A stretch of DNA of 64,000 bases, taken from positions 7,808,001 through 7,872,000 of the forward strand of contig CP068257.2 in the NCBI GenBank assembly GCA_009914755.4, given 5' to 3'. Under the pieces are notes generated by a model that saw nothing but the letters and a program-made list of their open reading frames with translations, searched no databases and was not told where the DNA came from. Position numbers and translations under genes: made by a program. How positions within the stretch are numbered: position 1 is the stretch's first letter; every line of letters begins with the position of its first letter. Shown here in pieces: positions 19,620 to 36,954 of this stretch. The DNA comes from the human T2T-CHM13v2.0 reference genome, Homo sapiens.

Positions 19620-20250
19620 CCAACATCTTTCCATCCTGTCCTCCACCACCGCAGGCTCTGGTAACCACCATTCTCCTCTCTACTTCTAAGAGATAAGCTT
19701 GTTTAGATTCCACATTTAATAAATTCCTGTCTTATTTGTCTCTCTATGTCTGGCTTATTTCACTTAACATAATGTCCTTCAGGTTCATCTATGTTGTCTT
19801 AAATGGCAGAATTTTATTCTGCCATTTATTTTATTATGCCATATATTTGTGGCCAAATAGCATTTCATTATGTTTACATACCATGTTGTCTTATCCATTT
19901 ATTCTTCGATGGGCACTGTGATTGATTCCATATCTTGGCCATTGTCAATAGTGCTGTAATAAACATGGGAGTGTAGCTATCTCTTTAACATACTGATTTT
20001 ATTTCTTTTGGCTATATGCCCAGTGGTGGAATTGCTGGAACATACAGTAGTTCCATTTTAGGTTGAGAAACTTCCATACTTGTTTTTCATAGTGGCTGTA
20101 TTAATTTGTATTCAAACCAACAGTTTATAAGAGTTCCCTTTATTCCACATCCTTGCTAACACTTGTTCTCTTTTGTCATTTCGATTATGGCCATTCTACT
20201 TAAGATAAGGTAATGTCTGGTATTGTTTTGATTTGCATCTCCCTGGAGGT
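19620..20250 (-). mobile_element. LINE-1 3'-end fragment (older subfamily)
   Basis: Reverse complement reads as the L1 ORF2 C-terminus / 3' UTR ('...ATGCAAATCAAAACAATACCAGACATTACC...GGTGGTTACCAGAGCCTGCGGTGGTGGAGGACAGG'). Confidence 0.6.
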
Positions 20251-21349
20251 GATAAACACCAAGACAAAGAAACTGGGAGATACAAGAGGACAGAAATGAC
20301 TCAGTGATAGACAACATGGAGTCTCATCCACAATCGGCACACTCTGATCCTCTAACCAAATGACAAGCCACAGTTCAACTACTCCTTTTAAAGAAAAATG
20401 AGAAAACATATCTCTAAAATCGAGGACAGGCAAGGAGAGTGTCCCCCTTTGGGCACCCCAGCTGGTTTTATGTGTGATAATTATAGCACCTCTTCTTGCA
20501 AACATTTATGTAAAGGGAGGATTTTACTAAGGACGACCAACATCTAAGGTTCCCAAAGTGAAGAACTTTAAATATTCCCAAACTGGTCTTCTCGTATGCT
20601 AAATTAGAGAAGTTAGGTTTCTGCATCAAGGAAAATAAATGAGGGTTGTATTTTAGCTGGCACCTAAAAACATCCAAAAGTAGAAATGATAAACTTATTT
20701 CTTTCCAGAAAGGTAACAACAAAATATTTGAAACTACCTCAGAATTAAAGAAAAGTAGCAAAATCAGCTTCTAAAATCAGGAAGCTGCCAGAAACTGTCT
20801 CTTCTTTTTCTTCTCCTAAACCTCTGCTTTCTAAACTTCCTTGCCTGGATGATTTCATTTTTTTTCTCTTTCTCCTCCCTGTATTCCTTCTTAAACCACA
20901 AAGGGTCCAGAAATAGCTACAGGAGAAGACAAAATAGTAGTCATTTCTTTTAAAACAAAACCCACAGGAAGAGTGGGTTCAAACATAAGATATACACCTT
21001 ACACCAAGTCAGAATTAAGTGCTCTGATGTTTGGATTTCCAGATCTGACTCAAGACACCTTAGGTTTGCCAAGGAATTCCAAGTAATGCTTAAGACCTAT
21101 GATTCAGGGTTTTCAAACCAATATCAGCTAACTGATTTACTAGTCCTCCAAAACAAAGCCAAAGAGTGCTACAAAGTAGTGAATTAGAAACAGCTTTAGC
21201 AGATTTTAACAAACTAAAGTGCAAATGGGAGAGAGAAGTGTAGGGAGTTTTGCAACTGCCTCTGTGGGAATTTACCACAGCTATTCCCCCTAATCCTATA
21301 GACTAGGCAAAATACAACAATGTAATATATACCCCAGCAAAACCATACC

Positions 21350-24300
21350 TGATTATTATATCACATTTATTTTTATTTTTTGTGGGTATACAGTAGTTGT
21401 GTGTATAAATGGGGTATATGAGATACTTTGATACAGGCATGCAACATGTAACAATCACAGCATGGTAAATGGGGTACCCATCTCCTCAAGCATTTACTCT
21501 GTATTACAAAAATTGAATTATATGATTTCAGTTATTTTAAAAGGTACAACTAAATTATTATTGATTATAATAATTGTCAATTATTGACAATTGCAGTGTT
21601 GTGGTATCAAGTACTACTGTTGTGCTACCAGTACAAACTGTGTTATCAGTACAAATACTACTGTTGTGCTATCAGCACAAATACCCTGTTGTGCAATCAA
21701 ATAGTACCTCTACCTCTTATTCATTCTTTTTAACTATTTCTTGTACCCATTAGCCATCCTCACTTCCCTCCATGGCCCTACCAAACTGCCCCCCTACTAT
21801 GCTTCTCAGCCTCTGGTAACCATCCTTCTACTCTCTATCTCCGTTGAATTCAACTCAATGGGATCCTTAGCGCCCATAAATAAATGAGAATATGCAAAGT
21901 TTGTCTTTCTGTGCCTGGCTTATTTCATTTAACATAATAACCCTCATCCATGTTGTTAAAAATGACAGAATCTCATTCTTTTTTTCTGGCTCCACTGTGT
22001 ATACATACTACATTTTCTTTATCCATTCATCTGTTGATTGACACTTACGTTGCTTCCAAATCTTGGCTATTTTCAACAATGCTGCAACAAACATGGGAAT
22101 GTAGACATCTCTTCAACATACTGAGTTCCTTTCTTGTGAGTATATACTTAGCAGTGAAATTGCTGGATTATATGGAAGCTCTAGTTTAGTTTTATGAGGA
22201 ACCTCCAAGCTGTTTTCCATAGTGGTTGTACTAATTTACATTTCCACCAACAGTGTACCAGGCTTCCCATTTCTCCACATTCTCACTAGCATTTGCTGTT
22301 GCCTGACTTTTGGACAAAATTCATTTTAACTGGGATAAGATGATATCTCATTGTAGTTTTGATTTGCATGTTTCTGATAATATAACTGCTTGCAATTCAT
22401 ATGCCTTCTTTTAAGAAATGTTTATTGAAATATTTTGCCCATTTTAAAGATCAGATTACTAGATTTTTTTCCTATACAGTAGTTTGAGCTGCTTATCTGT
22501 TCTAGTTATTAATCTTTTGTCAGGTGAATAGTTTGCAAATATGTTCTCCTATTCTGTGGGTTGTCTCCTCACTTTATTGATCATTTCCTTTGACATGCAG
22601 AAGATTTTTAACTTGATGTAACTTCATTTGTCCATATTTGCTTTGGTTGCCTGTGCTTGTGGGGTATTACTCAAGACATTTTTGCCAAGACCTGGAGAGA
22701 CTTTCCCCAATGTTTTCTTGCAGTAGTTTTTTAATTCGAGGTCTTAGATTTAAGTATTTAATCCATTTTGATTCGACTTTTGTATATGGCAAGAGTTGGG
22801 GTTATAATTTCATTCTTTTGCATGTAGATATCCAGTTTCCAAGCATGATTTATTGAAGAGATTGTCTTTTCCCTAATTTAAGTTCTTGGCACCTTTGTTG
22901 AAAATGAGTTCAGTGAAAATGTATAAAATTTTTTTCTGGGTTATCTGTTCAATTCCATTGGTTTATGTGTCTATTTTTATGCCAGTACCAGGCTGCTACA
23001 GTTACTATAGCTTTGTAATATAATTTGAAGTCAGTTAATGTGATTCCTGCATTTAATCTGTGAATTGCTTTGGGTAATATAGACATTTTAATATACTAAC
23101 ACTATCAATCCATGAACATGGAATATCTTTCAATTTTTGTGTCTTCAATTTATCTTATGATTGTGTTATAGTTTTTGTTGTAGAAATCCTTTACTTCTTT
23201 GGTTGATTTCTATGTATTTAGTTCTATTTGTGGCTATGATAAATGGTATTTCTTTTTAAATTCTTTTTCAGATTGTTCACTCTTGGCATATAGAAATGTT
23301 ACTGATTCCTGCCGGGCGCGGTGGCTCACGCCTGTATTCCCAGGACTTTGGGAAGGTGAGGTGGGCACATCACGAGGTCAGGAGATCGAGACCATACTGG
23401 CTAACACGATGAAACCCCGTCTCTACTAAAAATACAAAAAAAAGTTAGCCAGGCGTGATGGTGGGTGCCTGTAGCCCCAGCTCCTCGGGAGGCTGAGGCA
23501 GGAGAATGGTGTGAACCCAGGAGGCAGACTTGCAGTGAGCCAAGATTGCACCACTGCACTCCAGCCTGGGTGACAAAGTGAGACTCTGTCTCAAAAAAAA
23601 AAAAAAAAAGATACTGATTTTTATATATTGATTTGTATCCTGAAACTCTACTGAATTTATCAGTTCTAGTAGTTTTTGTGGAGTCTTCAGGTTTTTTACA
23701 AATATAAGATTATATCATCTGCAAAACAAAGATAATTTGTCTTCTTCCCTTTAGATGCCCTTTATTTCTCTCTCTTGTCTGATTGCTTTTGCTAGGACTT
23801 CCAGTACTATGGAGAATAACAGTGGTGAAAGTGGGCATCCTGGTCATGTTCCAGATCTTAGAGAAGGGGATTTCAGTGTTTCCCTTGTCAGTATGATACT
23901 AGCTGTGGGTATGTCATATATGGCTTTCATTATGTTAATAATGTTCTTTCTCTACCCAGGTTTCTGAGGGTTTTTAATCATGATGGGATGTTGAATTTTA
24001 TCAAATGCTTTTTTAAAATGTCTTAATTTAAATGATTATATAATCTTTTCCTTCATTTTGGTGATGTGATGTATCATTTGGATTGATTTGCAACCATTCT
24101 TGCATCCTTGTGATAAATCACACATGATCATGAAGAATGATATTTTTAATGTATTGTTTAAAGGTTTGCTAGCATTTTGTTGAGGATTTTTGCATCAATA
24201 TTAATTGGAGATATTGTAGTTTTCTTTTTTTAAAGTGTCTTTGATTTTGGTATAAAGGTAATTCTGGTGTTATAGAATGAGTTTGGAAGTATTCCCCATC

Positions 24301-24530
24301 TGTATTTTGTGGAATAGTTTCAGTAGGATTGGTGTTAGTTCTTTAAATATTTGTTAGAATTCAGTAGTGAAGCCATAGAATATTGGGGCTTTTCTTTTCT
24401 GGGAGACTTTTTATTACAGCTTTGTTCTCATTATTTGTTATTGGTCTGTTCATGTTTTGTATTTCTTTGTGTTTCAATTTTGGTGTGTTTCTTGGCCCTA
24501 GTCTGGTCCACTCAGACCTGCTCCATGCTC
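21350..24530 (-). mobile_element. LINE-1 (L1PB/L1PA-older-like) 3' half: 3' UTR + ORF2 C-terminal half, degenerate
   Basis: The 3' UTR hallmark 'CCTCACTTCCCTCCATGGCCCTACCAAACTGCCCCCC...CTGGTAACCATCC' is the reverse complement of the L1 3' UTR. Downstream sequence is colinear with minus-strand ORF2 ('...TTGTCAGGTGAATAGTTTGCAAATATGTTCTCC...'). Confidence 0.75.
23311..23609 (+). mobile_element. Alu SINE nested in the minus-strand L1
   Basis: 'GCCGGGCGCGGTGGCTCACGCCTGTATTCCCAGGACTTTGGGAAGGTGAGGTGGGCACATCACGAGGTCAGGAGATCGAGACC...' with a poly-A tail. Short flanking repeat 'TACTGATT' on both sides. Confidence 0.92.
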
Positions 24531-25125
24531 ACCATCAGGCAGCTGGTGGTCCTTTTTGAGGAGTGAGTGCAGCAGGGACCAGTGGTTGGGCTGAAGCCCC
24601 TTCACCTCATGCGGACTCTCCAATACTCATTGAACTTCATGGTGAGGGACAGAGGACCCACCCTGGCTCTCAGCGGGAGAGCAGTGAATTCTTGTTCAAG
24701 GAAGCCCCTGGGGCAGCCGCAGGAGGCAGCCCTTGGGAAAAAGCGCCCAAGGCCCCCCTCAACCGGCCATCCTGCCTCCTCTGCAGGACCTTCTCTTCCC
24801 CTCTTTCCCTCCCTCCTGAGGTGAAAAGGAGGGGAGGAGACCACAGAGCCCTCTGTGTCAGGGAAACCTGGCCCTTCCTTTTGAGCGTTCAGGGGACTCG
24901 CATGGGCCTTGCCCCTTCTCCAGGACCTGGAAGCTTCTCTCCCTGAAGAGCCCTGAGTTCCAGTCTCAAGTGTCTCATTCCCCATTGCCTCCTGCTTCTC
25001 CTTTCATCCCCCCCACCACCACCTGGGGCTCACACTCCCTGCCTTTGGGCTTCAAATGTTGTACTACGTGCTTGACCCACTAGCCTGCTTAATCTTCAAA
25101 ATCACTCTATCAAAAAGACATTTTA

Positions 25126-25430
<305 letters not shown>

Positions 25431-26595
25431 AAAAAGCGAAATTGCCAAAATCATTCATTTAACCAATAAGATGAGCACCTACCTATCAGGGACAATAAAA
25501 GTTTAAAGGTGCCAACAATTATGAAGGCAGTATTGAATTTACTTGAAATATGAAGAACACCACATTGGGTGAATTTAGATAGGAAGGCCAAGGAGATATT
25601 CCTAGGAATATCATTATATATGGAAAACACTGAAAAAAGACACTGCAGTGTTTGAGAAAATAATGGCCATAGAAAGAGATTTCATGGACCTTCCAGCTTA
25701 TGAAAAAATCAACTGAAATTGCTCGACATTAGGTTAGAACATTAAAAAGGAAAATAAGCCATTATAGAAGGAGAGAATTGGAATAGGGGACAGGAATGAC
25801 CCATTTCCCAGTCTCTGCCTAGAACAGGGCTGGGGAAAAATCTGTGGTCATCACATTCACCATTGCATAAACACATATTCTTTCTATATGTCAGCAAGGA
25901 GCAAGTGCTACCAAGACAAGGCAAGGAAAAGGAATAGAGAATATTGCTGGGTGCTTTTCTGTAGGGTGATCAGGAAAGGCCTCACTGAAAAAGAGACATT
26001 AGAGCAGAGCAAGTGACAGAGAGAGAGTCATAGAGAGATCTGTGGGAAGAGCATTCCACGTGAGGGCAACAGACACTGCAAAGGCCCTGAGGCAGGGAGT
26101 GCTTGGCATGTCTGAGGAGCCAGAAAAAGGCCAGTGGGGCTGGAATGGAGTGAGTGAGAAGTAATAGGTGCAGAACACACATGGCCTTAGAGATCATGGC
26201 TCTAGGCGTTTTGTTTTATTTTCCAATTTTTAAAATTGTGTTAAAATACACATAACATAAGCGTCTGGGATCCCGCAGGATGCTGGCCCCAAACAGGCCA
26301 ATTTGTCCTGTCTCTGTGGGATTTGTTGGTTCTAGAAGATCAGATTTGGTCTGGGTCACCCAAATCTGTCTGTACCCCAACCTCCACTGTCTGCTCTTAC
26401 CTCCCTAGGTGTTGGCTCAGGTACTGGGCAAACTTTACCAGGAATATATACATTGTGTGGAATTTCTTAGCTTCCATTTCAACAAAGTTGAAACTTCGGG
26501 GAAATGATTTGCCAAGGGTTACAACTTGGGGAAAATGATGATAGTTTGCTTTACAAATTGCTCTAGTTAACCAATAAAAGTATGGCATGCCTACC

Positions 26596-27200
26596 CAGGT
26601 ACAGTGGAATTCGAGGTAAACAGCAGAACAGATGCATGCTCAGGTACATTTGAGTTGGAGATAAACAGCAAAACAGATGCGTGCTCAGGTACACTTGAAT
26701 TCGAGGTGAACAGCAGTATGCATACGTGCCCAGCTACACTTGAATTCGAGATAAACAGCAGAAAAGATGCGTGCCCATGTACACTTGAATTTGAGATAAA
26801 CAGCAGTATGGATGCATGCTCAGGTACACTTGAATTCAAGGTGAACGGCAGCACGATGTGTGCCCAGCTACACTTGAGTTCGAGGTAAACATCAGCACGA
26901 TGCATGCCCAGATACACTTGAATTCGAGATAAACAGCAGAACAGATGCGTGCTCAGGTACACTTGATTTCAAGGTGAACAGCAGCACGAGGCATGCCCAG
27001 ATAACACTTGAATTCGAGATAAACAGGAGAACAGATGTGTGCTCAGCTACACTTGAATTCGAGGTGAACAGCAGTATGCATGCATGCCCAGATACACTTG
27101 AATTCAAAGTAAACAGCAGCCCAGGTACGCTTGAATTCAAGGTTAACAGCTGTATGCATGTGTGCCCAGCTACACTTGAATTTGAGATCAACAGCAATAT
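26596..27200. repeat. Minisatellite, 45-bp unit x ~13.5 (alternating A/B subunits giving a ~90-bp higher-order unit)
   Basis: Units such as 'CAGGTACACTTGAATTCGAGATAAACAGCAGAACAGATGCGTGCT' alternate with 'CAGCTACACTTGAATTCGAGGTGAACAGCAGTATGCATGCATGCC'. Unit boundaries were counted directly at a 45-bp spacing. Confidence 0.92.
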
Positions 27201-27977
27201 TGAATTTTCTACCAAAAATGCATATGCTCTGTCTCTGAATAAATGTGCAAGAAATGAAAGTTCTACATGCCCAACAACTCTTTGCTTCCATTTCCTTACG
27301 GTCATGAAGCCACACCTGCCTGGAGCTACTAATCTATTTCCTGAGCATCAGAACCCTCTTGCTCATTTGGGGAATCCATCTCCCTGCAGTTGACCTGTGG
27401 ACCTCCAGCATCCCTGGGCAGCCTGAGGACCCTAAACCCTGTAGTTCAGTTTATGACACGCAGGCTTGGAGGAATTTCCCTCCATAAGGCTGCTGTGAAC
27501 TCCCACGCCAGGAGAAATTAAAATTTGTAATACAGCGGAGATCTCTGAATGAGCTTTTCTCCCTGATACATGTCAGCGAACTCAGTGTGTCTTTGGAAAT
27601 CCGGAAACCTCCTTTTCTCAGTTCAGGCTGCCTGCATCATGCTGGTTTGCTTCCTGCAACAAAACAGATCATCCAGACACCTCTCTGTTTTCCTTCGGAT
27701 ATTCCCCACACTACCACGCCATTCGTGGGCAGGACCTCAGTGCCTGAGGTCAGAATAGAGACACCTCTGACATCCCATGGCTGTACCCACAAATAACCCT
27801 TCCTCGGCAGTCGCTGAAGCCACACCTCTACACAGCTGTCTGTTGTCTTACAGTGGCATAAGCATAAAACAGATTTTTTTTTGACATGTATTATAGCACC
27901 TGCTGGCTTTATTTCCCTCCCTTATACCATAATATTGCTTGTTGATTTGTATCAACGGATTTGCATCTTCTGCCCGC

Positions 27978-28003
27978 CACACACACACACACACACACAC
28001 AGA
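27978..28003. repeat. (CA)n microsatellite
   Basis: 'CACACACACACACACACACACAGACACA'. Confidence 0.85.
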
Positions 28004-29249
28004 CACATCCACCCCACTCCCCCCACTAGTGACTAGGTACACTTGAATTCGAAGTAAATAGCACACACAAGAGATATGTCCAGCACGTGATTCTCACAGG
28101 CCTGATTTCACAGCGGTGCTGGAGGCAAACCTCGCAGCCTCTAGCCTGTGCAGACCGCATCATGACAAATTGTATAAATATGTGCAAATTGTCCAGATGA
28201 TGTCATGTGTGCCCCAGCCTGCTCTCCAAGTGGGCAGAACGCTTCAGGGAAGGTCAGGGCAGGCCTTGCTCTGAATTCAATTGAGGTAATTGCATTCAAT
28301 TTGCTTAAATGTATCACAGAGAAAAGCCCTGTCTGTTGATCTCAATCGTATTAAGAAGTTTATTTTCCGCCAGGGCCGGACTCCACGGCCTCACGGAGAG
28401 GAAGCCTTCTCTCGGTTATGTCCTTCTTTCTCCTGCTTGATTCCAGGTCCTGGGGGCAGCCCTGGGAATGCCAGAGAGGGCCCCCCGCCCCCGCCACAAG
28501 AAATACCTTATGGCTCTCTCCCTAGCCACCTGCAGGGCTCGGAATGGCCGCAAATAAGCATGAGGATTTCTGTGCTTAGGGAATAGTTTGTCAGCTCTTT
28601 GCAGGTGTGATTTGACGATGCCAGTGAGTGAACAGAGCCTGAGGTTTCACCCCAAAAGATCGTTCTGTGGTTTGCCTACCATGATTCAACAGCCCAGGAT
28701 CTGCTCGGGCACAGACAACCTGAAGTGTAAAGAGGCTCCTGAGAGCCGGGTCCCAGCTCGGCCCCAGACACCCCCTCTGCACCGACCCCACGAGCCCCCA
28801 AAAGTCATCTCTACCAGAGGTTCTCCTCATTTCTGAGAAGAGGGAAGCAGGGCCCATGCGTTTTGAGGTTGCCTCTGGCTCCAACGCGGTGACACGCAAT
28901 GCCAGCCTCATGAGGGTGAGAGTCCTCTGAATGGCCCACGCTCTCTTGTGACAATGACACTTGTCTGTGAAGGAGAAGGCCAAGCTGACTCACACGCTGA
29001 GTGCCCCAAGGATGAAGGGGGTCCCCGGAGTGGGCACCGCACCTCCCTCTTTGCAGACAAGGAGGGGGCGGCTCTGAGACCCACAGGGATGTACCAGAGA
29101 GTGCGTGTTAGGCAGAACCGAACATCCCCAGGAAGGGAGGGAAAAGCAGGTGGCTGATATCTGCAGGGTCCTCTTGTACCTGAAACTCCAAAACTTTACA
29201 CTATTTTCAGAATAACAGCAGCAGCAGATACAAAAGAACTCATGAGGGT

Positions 29250-31842
<2,593 letters not shown>

Positions 31843-31857
31843 TCTGTCTATATACCT

Positions 31858-31895
31858 TTCTCTCTCTCTCTCTCCACACACACACGCACACACAT
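31858..31895. repeat. (CT)n(CA)n compound microsatellite
   Basis: 'TCTCTCTCTCTCTCCACACACACACGCACACACA'. Confidence 0.8.
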
Positions 31896-32556
31896 AATTG
31901 TTTTTGTAAGCATCTGGAGAATACGTCTAATCATCTAATCTCCCATTTCAATTTGAGATCCATTACTTCCACAGTCAACACTATCCAATTAGCAATAGCC
32001 ACTTAAACACTTCAGGCATCTTGGAATGTCTGTTTTTCTAAGCCAAGATCTAAAACCTTGGATGTCAGATTTTCCAGATCTCCTGTTTTGGGGACTGGTG
32101 TGAAAACGTCATTCGATGACAGGCCGACCCAGGTGGCCCCTGCCTTAACATCAAACGCCATCAAACTCTCCGAACACGCTTCTGGCTCCAGGCAGGTGCC
32201 GTTTTTCTCCCCACAGAAAGGTCAGCTAGAGTCACCCTTAAAATAATGCACTTGTATATTTTTTATTGTGTGGACAAGAAATTGGGAACAGGTTCAGGCT
32301 GCTCAGAAAAACGTGTTAAGTTTATTTTTGAACAGAGGTTTATTAAAAAAAAAAAAAAGCCAAGGAAAGTCATGCATGGTTTTGAGCTTCTGCCTCGCAG
32401 TACCTGGTAGATGCTGGTGTTGCAAAGTGGACACAGCAATTTGATCCCTTCCCTGGGTCACCAGGGAAACCTGTGCCCCACACTTGTCTCAGCTGCAGAT
32501 GTGTAAAAGCGGCTGAGATGGTTTCTTCTAGAAGTGAGTTAAAAAGGACTGTAAGG

Positions 32557-32855
<299 letters not shown>

Positions 32856-32877
32856 AATTAAAAAGAAGGAAAAAAAA

Positions 32878-33178
32878 GGGCGACACAGTGGCTCACGCCT
32901 GTAATGCCAGCACTTTGGGAGGCCGAGGCGGGCAGATCATGAGGTCAGGAGATCGAGACCATCCTGACTAACACAGTGAAACCCTGTCTCTACTAAAATA
33001 CAAAAAAACATTAGGCGGGCGTGGTCGTGGGAGCCTGTAGTCCCAACTATTCAGGAGGCTGAGGCAGGAGAATGGCATGAACCCAGGAGGTGGAGGTTGC
33101 AGTGAGCCGAGATCGCGCCACTGCACTCCAGCCTGGGCGACAGAGCAAGACTCCATCTCACAAAAAAAAAAAAAAAAA
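32878..33178 (+). mobile_element. Alu SINE (second of the pair)
   Basis: 'GGGCGACACAGTGGCTCACGCCTGTAATGCCAGCACTTTGGGAGGCCGAGGCGGGCAGATCATGAGGTC...' with a poly-A tail. Confidence 0.92.
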
Positions 33179-33406
33179 GGACTGTAAAACCACTTGTCCT
33201 AACCATGCTGGTTTGTGGATCTTGTTGATCCCTGGGAGACCCAGTGTGGGGCTGTGACTCACAAACTTCCCTAATGTGGGGCCTTGAGTGTATAATCAAC
33301 ACTCTCGCATCTGAAGTTAACTGGGATGCTGGTTTCCTGCAGACACCTTCCAGGGAGAAAAAGCCGAGATGCTGCTGGCTGCATGGGTCCCCCATGGAGT
33401 CACTTA

Positions 33407-33739
<333 letters not shown>

Positions 33740-33754
33740 TTAAAATAAAAAAAG

Positions 33755-34083
<329 letters not shown>

Positions 34084-34100
34084 TTAAAACTAAAAAAAAA

Positions 34101-34395
34101 GAGGGGCAGCACAGTGGCTCAGGCCTGTAATCCCAGGACTTTGGGAGTCGGAGGAAGTAAGATTGCCTGAGCTCATGAGTTTGAGACCAGCCTGGGCAAC
34201 ATGATGAACCCCCTGTCTCTATAAAAAGTACAAAAGTGAGCTGGGCATGGTGGTGCATGCCTGTAGTCCTAGCTACCTGGGAGGCTGAGGTGGGAAGATC
34301 GTTTGAGCCCAGTAGACAGAGGTTGTAGTAAGCTGAGATGATACCACTTCACTCCAGCCTGGGTGATATAGCCAGACCTTGTGTCAAAAAAATAA
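34101..34395 (+). mobile_element. Alu SINE
   Basis: 'GGGCAGCACAGTGGCTCAGGCCTGTAATCCCAGGACTTTGGGAGTCGGAGGAAGTAAGATTGCCTGAGCTCATGAGTTTGAGACC...'. Its 5' end and the preceding linker closely resemble those of the Alu at 33755. Confidence 0.9.
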
Positions 34396-34505
34396 AAAAC
34401 AAAAACAAAATAACATAACATAACGTGAATTAAAAAAGGGGTGATCAGGCCATGGTGGCATCTTTCTCATGAATGGGCTTAAGGTCCTTAGGAAAGAGGC
34501 TTCCT

Positions 34506-35560
<1,055 letters not shown>

Positions 35561-35589
35561 TTGACTAGCTAAGTCTAGGCTGACTGGAG

Positions 35590-35920
35590 AGTTCCTATCT
35601 GTCTATTACCTATCTATCATCTATCAATCAATTTATCTATCTACTATCTATCTATGTATCTATATATCTAACATCTATCATCTTTCTATCAATCATCTAT
35701 CATCTATATATCAATCATCTATCATTTATCTATATATTCATCTATCATCTACCTATCATCAATCTATCATCTATGTATCTAACATCTATCATCTTTCTAT
35801 CAATCATCTATCAATCATCTATCAACTATCAATCATCTATCATCTATCTATATATTCATCATCTATATCTATCAATCAATCATCTATGTATCTATCTATC
35901 CACCTACCTATCTATCAATA
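35590..35920. repeat. TATC/CATC-rich simple-repeat block (related to the 29250-31520 satellite)
   Basis: 'CTATCTGTCTATTACCTATCTATCATCTATCAATCAATTTATCTATCTACTATCTATCTATG...'. The entry junction 'GGCTGACTGGAGAGTTCCTATCTGTCTATTACCTATCTATCATCTATC' resembles 29250-29300 ('GGCAGACTGGGGAGTTTCTGTCTATCTATTACCCATCTATCATCTATC'). Confidence 0.8.
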
Positions 35921-35950
35921 AATATTGATAGATAGGTAGGTGGATAGATA
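35893..35950. repeat. Perfect inverted repeat (27-bp arms, 4-nt spacer 'AAAT')
   Basis: Left arm 'TATCTATCCACCTACCTATCTATCAAT' (35893-35919). Right arm 'ATTGATAGATAGGTAGGTGGATAGATA' (35924-35950) is its exact reverse complement. Confidence 0.9.
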
Positions 35951-35952
35951 AA

Positions 35953-36041
35953 CAGCCCTGATGAGGGCTCTCCTTTGCCTCCAAGATGGCGCCTTCCTGA
36001 TGAATCTTCCAGAAGAAACACCTTGTCTTTACATGAAGACC
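35953..36041 (-). repeat. Inverted copy of the MaLR-LTR tandem-unit sequence
   Basis: 'CAGCCCTGATGAGGGCTCTCCTTTGCCTCCAAGATGGCGCCTTCCTGATGAATCTTCCAGAAGAAACACCTTGTCTTTACATGAAGACCA' is the reverse complement of the unit at e.g. 35157-35245 ('TGGTCTTCATGTAAAGACAAGGTGTTTC...CCATCTTGGAGGCAAAGAACAGCCCTCATCAG'). Confidence 0.85.
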
Positions 36042-36215
36042 ACCTATCTATCTATGTCTGTGTCTATCCATTCATCCATCTATCCATTCATCTATCTAAT
36101 GTATTCTCTGTGTATTTATCTATTAAATCTATAATCTATGTATCAATTATCTATCTGTCATCTATCTATCTGTCTAGCTAGCTGTCTATCTGCCTATCCT
36201 CTCTCTACTACCAGG
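36042..36215. repeat. TATC-rich block: single diverged copy of the 29.2-31.5 kb satellite higher-order unit
   Basis: 'GTATTTATCTATTAAATCTATAATCTATGTATCAATTATCTATCTGTCATCTATCTATCTGTCTAGCTAGCTGTCTATCTGCCTATCCTCTCTCTACTACC' versus 29697-29800 'GTATTTATCTATTGAATCTATAACCTATGTATCAACTATCTACCTATCATCTATCTGTCTGGCTAGCTAGCTGTCTATCTACCTATCATCTCTCTACTATC'. Confidence 0.85.
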
Positions 36216-36612
36216 AGTTCATCGGTGGGTCTTGATCCTCTCACTTGGTAAGTATCATCACAGCTTAGAATCTCACGTCTTCACCATCACCTCCTCTCTG
36301 TCCTATATAATTAGTTCCAAGGGTCTTAATTAGGCACTTATGTAACCCAGCACTGCTTATTGCAAAAGTTGAATCTCCAATGAAAGGTTCTTAGCCTCCA
36401 TGGAGATCCTGAGATTCTCTGCTTGGCTGTTCCCAACTTCCATGTCAACCTGGGGCTTGGGGCAACCCCTTCTCCATCTGGCATCTTGCCTCCTCCTTGG
36501 TGGCCTGGGCCAAGACTCTGTTCTCCCTGCCTGCCCGAGTCTCCATAAGCAAGGTTGCACTGCTCATTTAGATCTCAGATCTGTGGAGCTGACTGAGTTT
36601 CTGCATGCCTTA

Positions 36613-36954
<342 letters not shown>

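Noticed and set aside
20250-21350. About 1.1 kb between two minus-strand L1 pieces with faint ERV/LTR-like or gag-like character.
   Set aside because: I could not match it to any repeat consensus or protein family from memory. Left unannotated; RepeatMasker would resolve it.
24530-25100. GC-moderate block with 127-aa antiparallel ORFs (24563-24946 / 24602-24985) abutting the 5'-most retained end of the minus-strand L1.
   Set aside because: No recognisable domain; open on both strands. Possibly an LTR or other old repeat. Insufficient evidence for any call.
25930-26200. Segment resembling a common mammalian interspersed-repeat consensus ('...GAGCATTCCA.G..GAGGGAACAG.CA.TGCAAAGGCCCTGAGGCAGGAG.GCTTGGCATGT.TGAGGA.CAG.AA...GGCCAGTG.GGCTGGA...GAGTGAG.GA').
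   Set aside because: I recognise the motif as repeat-derived but cannot name the family with confidence. Not reported as a feature.
26591-27393. Overlapping 90-139 aa ORFs on both strands over the 45-bp minisatellite.
   Set aside because: Repeat-induced open frames. Periodic peptide sequence, no coding signals.
28290-29160. GC-rich unique-looking block with ORFs 82-130 aa. Considered as a possible exon or SVA/LTR fragment.
   Set aside because: No splice-site-flanked conserved ORF, and no hexamer (CCCTCT)n or VNTR structure expected of SVA. Left as unclassified unique sequence.
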